Assembly: GCA_028713995.1 (NCBI GenBank)
Contig: JAQTNF010000003.1
Coordinates: forward strand, 2,020 to 66,019
DNA length: 64,000 bases
Direction: 5' to 3'
Origin: Deltaproteobacteria bacterium
GTDB taxonomy: Bacteria; Myxococcota_A; Polyangia; JAAYKL01
The position numbers and the translations under genes are program-made. Shown piece after piece: positions 49,397-59,644 of this stretch. The notes beneath the pieces are model-generated. The model searched no databases and had not been told where the DNA came from. It was given only the letters and a program-made list of their open reading frames with translations. Each line of letters starts with the position of its first letter. Within the stretch, counting starts at the first letter, position 1.

Positions 49397-50424
49397 TCCC
49401 GTCCGATGCGTTTCGCGAGTCGCTCGCCCTGTTCTTCGAGCCCATCGCGCCGTTCCTGGCGGACGGCGACGTGAGCGAGATCATGATCAACGGCTGCGAG
49501 GAGATCTGGGTCGAGCGGCGCGGCGTGCTGTCGCTTACGGACGCCGCGTTCCCGAGCCGCGAGGCGCTCGATGCGGCCCTCACGAACGTGGCCCAGTTCG
49601 AGGGTCGGCCCTTCGACGCGGCGCACCCGATCCTCGAGGCGCACCTGCCCGACGGCTCGCGGCTCGAAGCCGTGATCCCGCCGCTCGCGGCCGGCGGTCC
49701 GGCGGTCGCCATCCGCAGGTTCTCGCGCGCCGCCCTCACCACGGAGCAGCTCCTCAAGGGAGGCTCGCTCAGCCCGGACGCGGCCGGGTTCCTCGCCCGC
49801 GTGGTGGCCGCGCGCAAGAACATCCTGGTATCGGGCGGCACCGGCTCGGGGAAGACCTCGCTCCTCGCCGCGCTCTCGCGCTTCGTGCCCGACGGAGAGC
49901 GCATCGTGGTCATCGAGGACACGCGCGAGCTCAAGCTGCAGAAGCGGCACGTGGTCTACCTCACGGCCCGCGCCGCGGACGAGCGCGGCCGCGGCCAGGT
50001 TGCGATCCGCGATCTCTTACGGGCCACCTTGCGCCTGCGCCCGGATCGCATCGTGGTCGGCGAGGTGCGCGGCGCCGAGGCCATCGATCTCGTGCAGGCC
50101 ATGACCACGGGCCATGGCGGCTCCATGACCACCGTGCACGCGAGCTCCCCCGTCGGCGCGCTTCGGCGCCTCGAGACCATGGCGCTCATGGACGACACGG
50201 GGCTCCCGCTCAAGGCCCTGCGCGCCCAGATCGCCTCCGCCGTGGATCTGGTGGTGCAGGTCGCACGCGTATCTTCCGGACACAGGCTCGTCACGGCCGT
50301 GGGCCACGTCCGGGGGCTCACGCCCCAAGGCGACTACGCGGTGTGCGACCTCTTTTCGAGGGGCCGCGGCGGACCGCTCGAACGCGCCCGACGCGCGGAC
50401 AAGGCGAAAGGAGCGCAGGCATGA
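49393..50424 (+). CDS. CpaF/TadA-type secretion ATPase
   Basis: [15 protein letters not shown]. Confidence 0.8.
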   Translation: MIPSDAFRESLALFFEPIAPFLADGDVSEIMINGCEEIWVERRGVLSLTDAAFPSREALDAALTNVAQFEGRPFDAAHPILEAHLPDGSRLEAVIPPLAAGGPAVAIRRFSRAALTTEQLLKGGSLSPDAAGFLARVVAARKNILVSGGTGSGKTSLLAALSRFVPDGERIVVIEDTRELKLQKRHVVYLTARAADERGRGQVAIRDLLRATLRLRPDRIVVGEVRGAEAIDLVQAMTTGHGGSMTTVHASSPVGALRRLETMALMDDTGLPLKALRAQIASAVDLVVQVARVSSGHRLVTAVGHVRGLTPQGDYAVCDLFSRGRGGPLERARRADKAKGAQA

Positions 50425-51056
50425 CGCACTCGGATGGGTGGGCCGCGGACGTGACGCGCGTGGCCGTCGTCGATCCGAGAACAGGGGAAATCGTGGGACC
50501 CGCATCTCGCGATTCGAAGAACGATCCGGATCCCGCGGCCATGGGGACGCGCATCGCCATCCTGAGGCCCTCCGCGCGCCCTTCCACGGCCGAGTTCATG
50601 CCCGCGAGCGGCCGCAAGGCCACGGGCGAGGTCACCTCCTTGTGGTCGGCCCGAGGGTCCTCGCCGCTCGAGCGAGCGAGGGATGCGGCGTGCAGGCTCT
50701 CGGCCGTCCTGCGCCGCCGCCCCGCCGTGCTCGCCGTCGCGATGACGGGGATGGTCGCAATCGCGCTCACCGCGGCCTTGCACCCGCGCGGCGAACGCCC
50801 GGCGGACGCGGCCCGGACCCGTGAACAAGGAACCCCGGTGCCGGAACTGGCCGCGATCCCGGATGTCCCCGCGGCACTGGAGCCGAACGTCGCGCCCGGG
50901 CGCGCGACCTTGCGCGCGGCGGTCGACGCCGTGGCCGAGGGAAGACTCGACGAGGCCCGGGCGATCTACATCGTCCTCGCCCGCGAGAACCCGCAGGAAC
51001 GCTCCTTTCCCCTGGCCGCGGACATCCTCGGCCGCATGATCCCGGAGGCGCCATGA
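50421..51056 (+). CDS. Hypothetical protein
   Basis: ATGA overlap with the cpaF-like gene. Confidence 0.4.
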   Translation: MTHSDGWAADVTRVAVVDPRTGEIVGPASRDSKNDPDPAAMGTRIAILRPSARPSTAEFMPASGRKATGEVTSLWSARGSSPLERARDAACRLSAVLRRRPAVLAVAMTGMVAIALTAALHPRGERPADAARTREQGTPVPELAAIPDVPAALEPNVAPGRATLRAAVDAVAEGRLDEARAIYIVLARENPQERSFPLAADILGRMIPEAP

Positions 51057-51703
51057 GGATGCTCGCCACTGCCCTGCTCGCCGTCGCCTGCACCGCCGCG
51101 CCGGTCGCGGAGCCGATCCGTGTGATCGTGCGCGTCACCGACGGCGCCTACAGCCCGGTGCCCTTGGTACGCGTGTTCGTGGACGGCTCTTCGGCGGGTT
51201 CCACGGACCGCAATGGGCGCGCCTCGCTCGAGGTGCAAGGACCGGACGGACGGCGGATCGGCGTCGAGGTATTGTGCCCGCCCGGCTCCCGCGATCCGTC
51301 GTCGTTGCGTCGCGAGGTGCGGCTGCGGCCGCTGCGGACGGCCGGCAACGGATCGGAACCACGCGCCTGGATGGAGATCGATTTTGCATGCCTGCCCGCG
51401 ATCCGGCCCCACGTCCTCGTCGTGCGGACCGACCGGCGTGCCGGGCTTCCCGTTTGGGTGCTCGGTCGCCGCGTGGGCGCGACGGACGACGACGGCGTCC
51501 TGGAGACCGTGCTCACCGCGCGGCCCGGCGGCGAGATCGAGGTGATGATCGACACGGCCTCGCGTCCGGAGCTGAGGCCGGCCATGCCCGCCCGTCGCCT
51601 CGCCGTACCCGATCGCAGCCAGATCCTGCTCTTCGACCAGGTCTTCGAGACGCGTTCGACCCCGGCCGTCCGCAAGCGGCCGCGCGGTCCAAGGCGGCTG
51701 TGA
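51053..51703 (+). CDS. Lipoprotein, hypothetical
   Basis: ATGA overlap. LAVACTA lipobox. Confidence 0.4.
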   Translation: MRMLATALLAVACTAAPVAEPIRVIVRVTDGAYSPVPLVRVFVDGSSAGSTDRNGRASLEVQGPDGRRIGVEVLCPPGSRDPSSLRREVRLRPLRTAGNGSEPRAWMEIDFACLPAIRPHVLVVRTDRRAGLPVWVLGRRVGATDDDGVLETVLTARPGGEIEVMIDTASRPELRPAMPARRLAVPDRSQILLFDQVFETRSTPAVRKRPRGPRRL

Positions 51704-51709
51704 GCGCGA

Positions 51710-52114
51710 TCAGATGCCGGTTTCCATCCGAAGCCTGACGACCGCCTCCTCGAGCGCCGTTTCCAGGTCGTCCCCCGCCCCCCCCGCTGTCATGAACACC
51801 GTCAGGTAGTAGCCCCCGCCCACCTGCACGGTCACGGTCTCGTGGGTCGCGCCGATCGAGTCGAGCCGCGCGAGCTCCCCGCATCCCATCCACTGTAGCC
51901 GCTGCCGCGCCGACTCGAAAAGCACCACGCAGTGGGCCGCGACGAGGCGCGTCCGGAACGGGTCGAAAAACGAGTGATAGTCGATCGCCTCGCCTTCGAC
52001 GTCGAAGAAGACCGCGGCCACGGCGCCCGGGATCCGCGCGGACATGCCAGCCAGGATGTCCGCGAACGGCGAACGGGGAACGTCCCGTTCGGGCTCTCGG
52101 ATCTCTTCGCTCAT
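51710..52114 (-). CDS. Roadblock/LC7 (MglB-like) domain protein
   Basis: About 134 aa. ...AVFFDVEGEAIDY...VVLFESARQRL...YYLTVFMTAGG. Confidence 0.5.
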   Translation of the reverse strand: MSEEIREPERDVPRSPFADILAGMSARIPGAVAAVFFDVEGEAIDYHSFFDPFRTRLVAAHCVVLFESARQRLQWMGCGELARLDSIGATHETVTVQVGGGYYLTVFMTAGGAGDDLETALEEAVVRLRMETGI

Positions 52115-53205
52115 GGGGCCTCGCCCGCGCCGAGGAGGGCGCTCTCGTAAATGAAGATCCCGCCGGCCTTGGACAGGCGATCCATCAAGGACTCGGCCGC
52201 GGCGCGCTTCTCGACGGGAAGCAGGCCCTCGACCAGCTGCGCGCGCACCTCGCCGAAGGAGCGGTTCTCGGCCGGCAGCTCCTCGATGACGAAAATGACG
52301 TGCCACCCGTAGCGTGTGGACACGGGGCCGCCCGACTGCCCGGAACCGCCGATGGCGAATGTCGCCTTCACGAACGGCTGCACGAACGCGGTCGAGTCGG
52401 CCGGGAACGGCGGCAGCTCCTCGTACTTGATCTTGCCCCCCGTGCCCGAAGACTCCCGGTTCCCGAGCTCGCGGAAGCCTTCGAGGGTCGCCACGGAGCG
52501 GGCCGCGGCCGCGATGCGCTCGGCCTCCTTCTTGGCCTGTGCGTCGGGCAGGCCGTTCTTGCCGGCGAGGACGACCATGTGCGCCACCCGCCTCAACGGA
52601 CCGTGCACGAACGAGGAGATCCCCGCCTCGTAGATGCTCCGGAGCTTCTTCTCGTCGAGCGTGCGCGCATTGACGCCCCGGTCGATGCGCTGCACGAGCA
52701 GGGCGCGGGCCAGAGCCGCACGGCGCGCGTCCTCAACCTCGGCGAAGCTCCCGAAACCGCGGCGTCGGGCCTCGCCGGCGAGGAGCTCGAGCCGCACGAG
52801 ATCTTCGAGCGCCTCGTTGGCGGACGGCCAGTGGCGCAAAACATCCTCCGGGCCGCTCGTGCCGCCGTCCCCGGCTCCGGCGTCGGCAACCTTCTCGGGC
52901 ACACGCTCCTTGTCCCGCCCGCGCGCGTCCTCGAGCAGCGACGCGACGTCGTCCACCAGGATCGCCTCGCCGTCGACCCGCGCCACGACCCGGGACGGAT
53001 CCGGCGCGCGGGAGGAGCGCCCGGCGCGGTCTTCGTCAGCGTCCCCCTGGACGCTGCAGGCCGCGCAGAGCACTGCCACTGGCATTGCGACGACTGCGCC
53101 GGTTCGAAAAGTGGCGATCACAGGCCGATTGTACCCACGAACCCGTCCGCCGGGAAGCGACAAGGACGCGAAATCCTCCGTGGGAGCGCGCTTCGCCGGG
53201 CTCAT
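52111..53205 (-). CDS. PpiC-type peptidyl-prolyl isomerase (SurA/PrsA-like) lipoprotein
   Basis: Start uncertain. ATG at 53205 would overlap the upstream stop. Confidence 0.4.
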   Translation of the reverse strand: MSPAKRAPTEDFASLSLPGGRVRGYNRPVIATFRTGAVVAMPVAVLCAACSVQGDADEDRAGRSSRAPDPSRVVARVDGEAILVDDVASLLEDARGRDKERVPEKVADAGAGDGGTSGPEDVLRHWPSANEALEDLVRLELLAGEARRRGFGSFAEVEDARRAALARALLVQRIDRGVNARTLDEKKLRSIYEAGISSFVHGPLRRVAHMVVLAGKNGLPDAQAKKEAERIAAAARSVATLEGFRELGNRESSGTGGKIKYEELPPFPADSTAFVQPFVKATFAIGGSGQSGGPVSTRYGWHVIFVIEELPAENRSFGEVRAQLVEGLLPVEKRAAAESLMDRLSKAGGIFIYESALLGAGEAP

Positions 53206-54536
53206 CGGACCCGCACGAGCGTGCCCTGCTCGTTGGGGCTCGTGTGCACGGCCCAGAAACCGTCCGGGACCCGCGGCAGGGTCCACTCGTAGAACCACTT
53301 CGCGTCCCTGGGCGACAGGTTCACGCAGCCGTGGCTGCGCCGGTTGCCGAAGCCGTTGTGCCAGTACACGCCGTGCAGCGCGAAGTTTTCGTAGAAGAAC
53401 TGCGTCCAGGGGACGTCGTGCAGCGAGAAGAGCTTCGGCGCCTCGCCCGCGTCCGGCCCCCCGTCCGCTGGCCCGGTCTCCTCCGGCTCGTCCGTGTTGT
53501 CCATGGCGATGGCCGCGACCTTGACCCAGATCCGGAACGTCCCCTTGATCGTCGACGACGGGCCGCGCCTGCCCGACGAGATCAACGTGACGTACACCGG
53601 CGTCGCCCCCTCGTAGGCGGTCACGATCTGCTCCTCGGTGTCCACGTCGATCCAGCGCTGCCCCGGGCCGAGCCCCTCGGGCGGCGGTGCCGCGGTCGAG
53701 ACGCGCACGTCCGAGCCCGCGATCCAGGCGTTCTCGTCGAAGCGGACGAAGCGCTTGCGACCCTCACCCGTCTCCTCGAGGACCTGGAACGGAGTGAACC
53801 GCTGGGCCTTGCCGAGCCGGTCCGCCGTGCGCCGCGAGGGCTTCATGTAGGTTGAGGCCACCTTCGAATTGACGAAGCCCATCGGCCAGGGCTTTCCATC
53901 CACGAGGGCCACCCCTGCGAGCTCGCTCACGCGCCCGGTGATCCCCACGGCGCCCCTTGGGACCAGGTTGCCCTCGGCCGTGCGGTAGAACGCCTGCCCC
54001 CCGACGCTCACCGCGCCGTCGACGCCGAACCCGAACCCCTCGAGCACGTCGCGCACCTCGGACAGGTATCCACCACCCTCGAGCCGGTACTCCACCGTGG
54101 GCTCTCGCACGAAACCGTACGGCCACGGCGTGAGCTCCCCGTCCTTGACGATGGGGTAGCGCGGGGCCGACGGCGGCAGCCGGGAAGCCTTCACGTCCTC
54201 GCCGCAGATCCAGGAGTCGTCGTGGACCCGGTACCAGACCCGGCTGCACCCCGGGCCGGTCGAGGCGGCCAGGGCCGGCAGCCGCGCACCCTTCATGACC
54301 TCCCCCCGCCGCCGGGAGGCGTTGGTCGGTGAGAGCCGGACCAGGGAGTGCTCCTTCATCACCTCGACCGATGCCGGAAGCGTGGCAACGGATTCGTACG
54401 GCGATGGCGGAAGGGCGACGACCTCGGCGCTCGCCCGATCCGCGCCGATCAGGCAGACAAGAGCTCCGACCCAGGGTGTCAGAGTCGTTCCGAGGAAGGA
54501 TATCGAGCGCCTTTTTATACCGCAATACGATAGCAT
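53202..54536 (-). CDS. L,D-transpeptidase (YkuD domain)
   Basis: HGVYWHNGFGNRRSHGCVNLSPRDAKWFYEW. Confidence 0.75.
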   Translation of the reverse strand: MLSYCGIKRRSISFLGTTLTPWVGALVCLIGADRASAEVVALPPSPYESVATLPASVEVMKEHSLVRLSPTNASRRRGEVMKGARLPALAASTGPGCSRVWYRVHDDSWICGEDVKASRLPPSAPRYPIVKDGELTPWPYGFVREPTVEYRLEGGGYLSEVRDVLEGFGFGVDGAVSVGGQAFYRTAEGNLVPRGAVGITGRVSELAGVALVDGKPWPMGFVNSKVASTYMKPSRRTADRLGKAQRFTPFQVLEETGEGRKRFVRFDENAWIAGSDVRVSTAAPPPEGLGPGQRWIDVDTEEQIVTAYEGATPVYVTLISSGRRGPSSTIKGTFRIWVKVAAIAMDNTDEPEETGPADGGPDAGEAPKLFSLHDVPWTQFFYENFALHGVYWHNGFGNRRSHGCVNLSPRDAKWFYEWTLPRVPDGFWAVHTSPNEQGTLVRVR

Positions 54537-54813
54537 CGTTAGAAGATCACCTGTCCTTCCACAACCATACCCCAGGGGGCGGCCGGAGACCAGAAAAGCG
54601 GTGACTGGGCTGGATTTAGGTCCGGTGCGGCACGGTCATATCGCATATTGTATAATATATTTTCCAGATTACAAATGCCGCAACCAGACCAGCCGTAGAG
54701 ATATCCTTGACTTGAGGGTTCGCAGAAAGGTAACTTGAGGGAGCGCAGTCGGGCCGGTCGGCATGGAAACGCGACGGCAGGCGCCGGGTGCAGGAGGGGT
54801 CGTAGAGGATAAA

Positions 54814-55287
54814 ATGGACAGCCTCGTTACCGCTGTGGCGGCCTCGATCCTGTCGTTGCTTCCCCACTGGAAGTCCGAGCAGGCCCGGGAACGGGCCCAT
54901 GAGTACGCGTCCATCATCGTCGAAGAGTCCGCGATCGGGGAAACCAGGGACCCGGAGATCGATCCGTTCCTGGTGGTGGCCATCATCTTCCGGGAGAGCA
55001 GCTTCCGGGCCGAGGTCAAGGGCAAGCACGGCGAGGTCGGGCTGATGCAGGTCATGCCGCTCGGCACCCTCACCCGCACCATCACCAAGGACAGCAGCAC
55101 CGACGTCCGGGCGAACATCCGGGCCGGCATCGGCCATCTGCGCTACTGGCAGGCCGAGTGCGGCTCCGACATGCTCACCTGGGTCTCCGCCTACAACGCC
55201 GGAAAATGTATCAAGACAGGCTATGGACGCAGAATCATTAGCCTTTATTGCAACCTGCACCCAGGCGGATGCGGGGGCGTGTCTTGA
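54814..55287 (+). CDS. Lytic transglycosylase (SLT domain)
   Basis: EVGLMQVMP...AYNAG. Confidence 0.7.
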   Translation: MDSLVTAVAASILSLLPHWKSEQARERAHEYASIIVEESAIGETRDPEIDPFLVVAIIFRESSFRAEVKGKHGEVGLMQVMPLGTLTRTITKDSSTDVRANIRAGIGHLRYWQAECGSDMLTWVSAYNAGKCIKTGYGRRIISLYCNLHPGGCGGVS

Positions 55288-55955
55288 CGTTCAACGCGAT
55301 CGAGACCATCGGCGCGGCCTTCACCCTGTGGGCACGCGCCCTCGGACGCCTGATGCTCATCTTCCTCGTCCCCTGGGCGGTCGTGCTGCCGCTCGGCATC
55401 GTCACCGGCGTCCTGACCCACATGTGGTTGAGCAACGAGACCTATCTCCTGCCGATGGTCGCCATGGGCACCGTGACCATCCTCACGGCAATGCCCCTGT
55501 TCCTGGCCATGATCGCCGGTACGTTCCTGCTGCTCGCGGATCAGGCGCGCCACGAGGCCGGGCGCCGGGGCGTGGGCGAAGCGTTCGGTCTCGGATTCCG
55601 ATGCTTTTGGCGCTTCCTGGGCGCGACAGCCATTGCCGGCTTTGCATTCCTTGGGATCGCCCTGCTCCCTGTCCTCGTCTGGTTCCTGGCGTGGCCGATC
55701 GCGATCCCGCTCGCGCCCGTGTCTCTCCTTGCCGCGACCTTCCTGGGTGTCCGGTGGGCCGCGGTCGGGCCGCTCATCGCCGTCGACGACGCAGGGGCCC
55801 TCGAAGCTCTGCACCGTTCGGCCGCCCTGGTCCGCGGACGGTGGTGGCGTGTGTTTACCGTCCTGCTGCTCTGCCTGCCCGCGCTCGCGCTTGGCCCGCT
55901 GGCCCTGGCCGTGGTGTTCGCGATCGCCTCCGGCCTCAAGGACGGCACGCGCTAA
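55248..55955 (+). CDS. Polytopic membrane protein
   Basis: About 6 TM helices. Start uncertain. Confidence 0.45.
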   Translation: MQPAPRRMRGRVLTFNAIETIGAAFTLWARALGRLMLIFLVPWAVVLPLGIVTGVLTHMWLSNETYLLPMVAMGTVTILTAMPLFLAMIAGTFLLLADQARHEAGRRGVGEAFGLGFRCFWRFLGATAIAGFAFLGIALLPVLVWFLAWPIAIPLAPVSLLAATFLGVRWAAVGPLIAVDDAGALEALHRSAALVRGRWWRVFTVLLLCLPALALGPLALAVVFAIASGLKDGTR

Positions 55956-57076
55956 CCCCCGGAAGCGGACTCCCGTCGTTCTCTTCGTCTCGTGAAGAGG
56001 TACGCGACGAAGACCGAGAGGAAATAGAGCACGACGAGGGGGATGGCCATGCACAGCTGGCTGAAGACGTCGGGCCCCGGCGTGAGCACGGCCGCCACGA
56101 AAAACGCGATCACGATGAAGTACCGGGCGAAGCGCAACAGGTGCCGGTGCGTCACGATGCCGGCCATGGAGAGGAACGTGATGAAGATGGGCAGCTCGAA
56201 CACGACGCCGAAGCCGATGAGGAGCTGGACCGCGAGGGAGAGGTAGTCCTTCATCATGATGACCGGCGCGAGCTGCTGCGCGAGGCGCCCCCGGGATACG
56301 ACCAGCGCCCACGTGTGCGTTCCCGCCCCGGCCGTCGCGTCCGCCGTCGTGAGCACGTCGTAGCCCGGCGGACCCTGCGCCCGCGACCATTCGCGGACGA
56401 TGCGCCGGCCGTCGCGGGACAGGGCACCCACGGTGGGAGCCGGGCCGCAGCCCGACTCGTGCCAGCGGTACTCGAGGGTCACGCCCTTCGAGGCGCCCGC
56501 GGGGAGGGCGGAGAAGGTCTCGCACTTCCTCGTGAGCTTGCGCTTCATCCAGGCCAGGGCTTCGTCCGTCGCGTCCGCCGGCACGGGGCGCGCGGTCACG
56601 ACGCCGTCGCCGCTCACGGTCGAGGAGGTCTTCACCACGTAGCCGCCGATGGGCCCCGAGAACTCGAGGAAGTACTGGAAGGCGACCGGGAACACCAGGC
56701 TGTAGGCGAGCGCGGAGCCGCCCACGAAGAGCAGCGTGGACGAGAAGACGAACGGCAGGGCGAGGCGCTTCTCGCGCGGGTAGAGCCCGGGCGAGACGAA
56801 CGCCCACAGCTGGTAGAGGATGACCGGGCTCGCCACGAACACGCCGCCCACGGCCGCGAGCTTGAGGTAGGCCATGAACGGCTCGATGGGGCTCGCGAAG
56901 TTGAGCTGGGGGTCGGGCAGCCCGTCCACTTTTCCCCACGCCTCGAAGAACGGCGCGACCATGAATTCGAGCAGCTCCTCCTTGAACGCGTAACAGGCAA
57001 TGAAGCCCACCGCGAGGGCTATGGCGCACTTGATGAGCCTCGAGCGCAGCTCCTCGAGGTGCTCGAGGAACGTCAT
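55952..57076 (-). CDS. tatC: Twin-arginine translocase TatC with a roughly 140-aa insertion between TM4 and TM5
   Basis: MTFLEHLEELRSRL...PFVFSSTLLFVGG. Confidence 0.8.
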   Translation of the reverse strand: MTFLEHLEELRSRLIKCAIALAVGFIACYAFKEELLEFMVAPFFEAWGKVDGLPDPQLNFASPIEPFMAYLKLAAVGGVFVASPVILYQLWAFVSPGLYPREKRLALPFVFSSTLLFVGGSALAYSLVFPVAFQYFLEFSGPIGGYVVKTSSTVSGDGVVTARPVPADATDEALAWMKRKLTRKCETFSALPAGASKGVTLEYRWHESGCGPAPTVGALSRDGRRIVREWSRAQGPPGYDVLTTADATAGAGTHTWALVVSRGRLAQQLAPVIMMKDYLSLAVQLLIGFGVVFELPIFITFLSMAGIVTHRHLLRFARYFIVIAFFVAAVLTPGPDVFSQLCMAIPLVVLYFLSVFVAYLFTRRRERRESASGG

Positions 57077-57090
57077 GCGCGCCTCGCCGC

Positions 57091-57441
57091 TCAAGGCTCA
57101 CTCTTCTTGGGCCCCGGATCGCCGCCCTCGGGCGTTCCGTCCGCGCGCGGCTCGGCCTGAGTGGTGATCTTGCGCAGCGCCTCGTCGAGCCCGCGGGCCT
57201 CGTCGTAGGGCGAGGGGAGGTCCTTCATGATCTCGCGGCCGACCGACTTCGCGATCTCGCTCGGCGACTCAAGATCCGAGATCTCCACGTCGATCTGGTT
57301 GCGCAGCTCCCGCGCCGATTGCCTGAGCTCGGCCACGAGCTTCCCCAGCTTGCGCGCCATCCCCGGCAGTTGCTTGGGCCCCACCGCGACGAGCATCACG
57401 AAGAGGATGACGACGAGCTCCGTCCAGCCGATCCCGAACAC
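57091..57441 (-). CDS. tatB: TatA/TatB
   Basis: MFGIGWTELVVILFVMLVAVGPKQLP. Confidence 0.8.
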   Translation of the reverse strand: MFGIGWTELVVILFVMLVAVGPKQLPGMARKLGKLVAELRQSARELRNQIDVEISDLESPSEIAKSVGREIMKDLPSPYDEARGLDEALRKITTQAEPRADGTPEGGDPGPKKSEP

Positions 57442-57449
57442 GGCGCTCC

Positions 57450-59102
57450 CTACTCGGCCGGACCGGGCAGCTTGACGGCCTGCTTGAACGCGTTGACGGC
57501 GCCCCGGACCCGGGCGACGCTCTCCACCTGCGCCTCGGATACGCCGCCGATGCGGGCCGACATGTCGAGGATCTGCCGGATGGCCTCCTGCTGCTGCCTG
57601 TGCGCCACGTTGAGCTGGTTGACGCGCTTCGAGATGGACTCGATGGCCTGGCTCACCTGCCGGCCGCCCTTGGTCTGCTCCTGCGTGGAGCGCTCCACAT
57701 GCTGGGTGATGGAGCGCATCTTCTCGGCGCCCTTGATGATGAGCTCCGAGCCGCGCGCCTGCTCGGCCGTCGCCGCGGCGATCTGCTGCACGGTCTCGGC
57801 GATGCGTCCGAACGCGTCCGTGACCTGCTTGGAGCCGCGCGACTGCTCGACCGTGGCCCGCGCGATCGCGCGCATCATGCTCGTGGACTTCTGCGAGCTC
57901 TTGAGGATCTGCTTCAAGGCCTTCTCCGCGTCGGCCGACACCTCGACGCCCTTGTCCACGTTCAAGTTGCCCTGCTCCACCGCGGCGATGGCGTTGCGCG
58001 TCTCGGCCTGGATCGACTTGATGAGCTCGGCGATCTCCTTGGTGGACACGCCCGAGCGCTCGGCCAGCTCCTTGATCTCGTCGGCCACCACCGCGAAGCC
58101 CCTGCCGTGCTCGCCCGCCTGCGCGGCGATGATGGCCGCGTTCAGCGCGAGCAGGTTGGTCTGCTCGGCCACGTCGTCGATGACGTTCAGGATCTGCCCG
58201 ATGGCGCCGATCTTCCGGCCCAGGCTGGAGATGACCTCGACCGCCTCCTGGCTCGAAACCTTGATGCGCTTGATGGCCTCGATGGTCTTGGCGATGGCCT
58301 CTGCGCCGCTCTCCGCGTCCTTTGCCACGTCCTCGGAGATGACCGCGGTCTCGTTGGCGTTGGTCTGCACCTGGTCGATGGACACGTCCATCTCGTTCAT
58401 GGCCGACGACGTGTCCTCGGCCGTGGTCGACAGGGCGTCGATGTTGTTCGCGACCTCCTTTATGGAGTAGGCCATCTCCTCGATGGAGCTGACCGTGTCG
58501 CGCACCGAGCTGCCCATGGCCACCATGTTCTCGGCCACCTCCTCGTTGGTGGTGGTCATCTCCAGGATGGAAGACGAGCTCTCCTCGGCCGCCGTGGCGA
58601 GCGTCTCCACGTGCGAGGCGATCTCGGTGAGCGCGCTCGAGACCTCGGTGATGAGCGCCGTGGCGCCCTCGACCGTCTTGCGCTGCTCGGTCGCGCCTTT
58701 GGACAGGGCGCCCATGGCCTCCTCGGCCGAGCCGAGCAGCTCCTTCAGGGACTCCCCGAGGGCGCGCGCGGTGTGCCGCTCCGACGAGAGGCGCTGCGAG
58801 AGCCTTGCGAGCTCGTCGCGCAGATCCTCGAGCTCCGAAGGAACCCCCGGCAGGGCGGGCGCATCCCCGGCGCCTGCATTGCGCACAAAGGCGGTGAGCG
58901 CCCCGAGACCGCGTCGGATGCGGCCGTGTGACACGATCAGATAGGCGACGGCGGCCAGCGCGCCCAACGAGAGATAGTTGCCGGGATAGCCGAGGTCGAT
59001 TACCACGAACGCGCCCGCGACCAGCCCGGCGACCATGTCACCGATGCCCGGGAGCCCCTTGTCGCTTCTTCCTTCCATGGCCCTCCTCGCACACCCGACC
59101 AT
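57450..59102 (-). CDS. Methyl-accepting chemotaxis protein
   Basis: [34 protein letters not shown]. Confidence 0.85.
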   Translation of the reverse strand: MVGCARRAMEGRSDKGLPGIGDMVAGLVAGAFVVIDLGYPGNYLSLGALAAVAYLIVSHGRIRRGLGALTAFVRNAGAGDAPALPGVPSELEDLRDELARLSQRLSSERHTARALGESLKELLGSAEEAMGALSKGATEQRKTVEGATALITEVSSALTEIASHVETLATAAEESSSSILEMTTTNEEVAENMVAMGSSVRDTVSSIEEMAYSIKEVANNIDALSTTAEDTSSAMNEMDVSIDQVQTNANETAVISEDVAKDAESGAEAIAKTIEAIKRIKVSSQEAVEVISSLGRKIGAIGQILNVIDDVAEQTNLLALNAAIIAAQAGEHGRGFAVVADEIKELAERSGVSTKEIAELIKSIQAETRNAIAAVEQGNLNVDKGVEVSADAEKALKQILKSSQKSTSMMRAIARATVEQSRGSKQVTDAFGRIAETVQQIAAATAEQARGSELIIKGAEKMRSITQHVERSTQEQTKGGRQVSQAIESISKRVNQLNVAHRQQQEAIRQILDMSARIGGVSEAQVESVARVRGAVNAFKQAVKLPGPAE

Positions 59103-59226
59103 GCGCTTCGCGTCTTAAAAAGGCCCGTGATGAAAGACTGTATCGGTGCGGCCGGGGCTGGTCAAGCGAGGCCAAGGCCAGAAAAAAGTACGCAACGCGC
59201 GAGGGCTTTCGGCCGATAGAAGAGGC

Positions 59227-59610
59227 ATGAACATCGATCCGAAAAAAGGCGCCATCGGGTTGCTCGTGCTTGCGGTGGCCGTCGCGACCGCGGCCGCGCG
59301 ATTTTCCGACACGCGCTCGCAAGGCGACGCCGCGGCCGATCCCTCCGTCCTGTGCGCGGACCCCGCGCGCCTGCCCGGCCCTCGCAGGCTCCTGTGCGGC
59401 GTGGGGCTCGACGTGAACCGCGACCCGGCGGTGGATCTCGAGCTCCTGCCCGGCATCGGCCCGGTCAAGGCGCGCCGTATCGTGGAGTCGCGCGAGCGCG
59501 AGGGCCCGTTCCGGTCCGTCGAGGATCTCGACCGCGTGCCCGGCGTCGGCACGTCCACCGTCGAGCGCCTGCGGCCATGGCTCGTGTTCGAGGGGCCACC
59601 GCGCATTTGA
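59227..59610 (+). CDS. ComEA-like HhH DNA-binding protein
   Basis: LELLPGIGPVKARRIVESRE...FRSVEDLDRVPGVG. Confidence 0.65.
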   Translation: MNIDPKKGAIGLLVLAVAVATAAARFSDTRSQGDAAADPSVLCADPARLPGPRRLLCGVGLDVNRDPAVDLELLPGIGPVKARRIVESREREGPFRSVEDLDRVPGVGTSTVERLRPWLVFEGPPRI

Positions 59611-59644
59611 CCCACGCGCGGGCCGTCGCTATCGTGGCGCGAGC

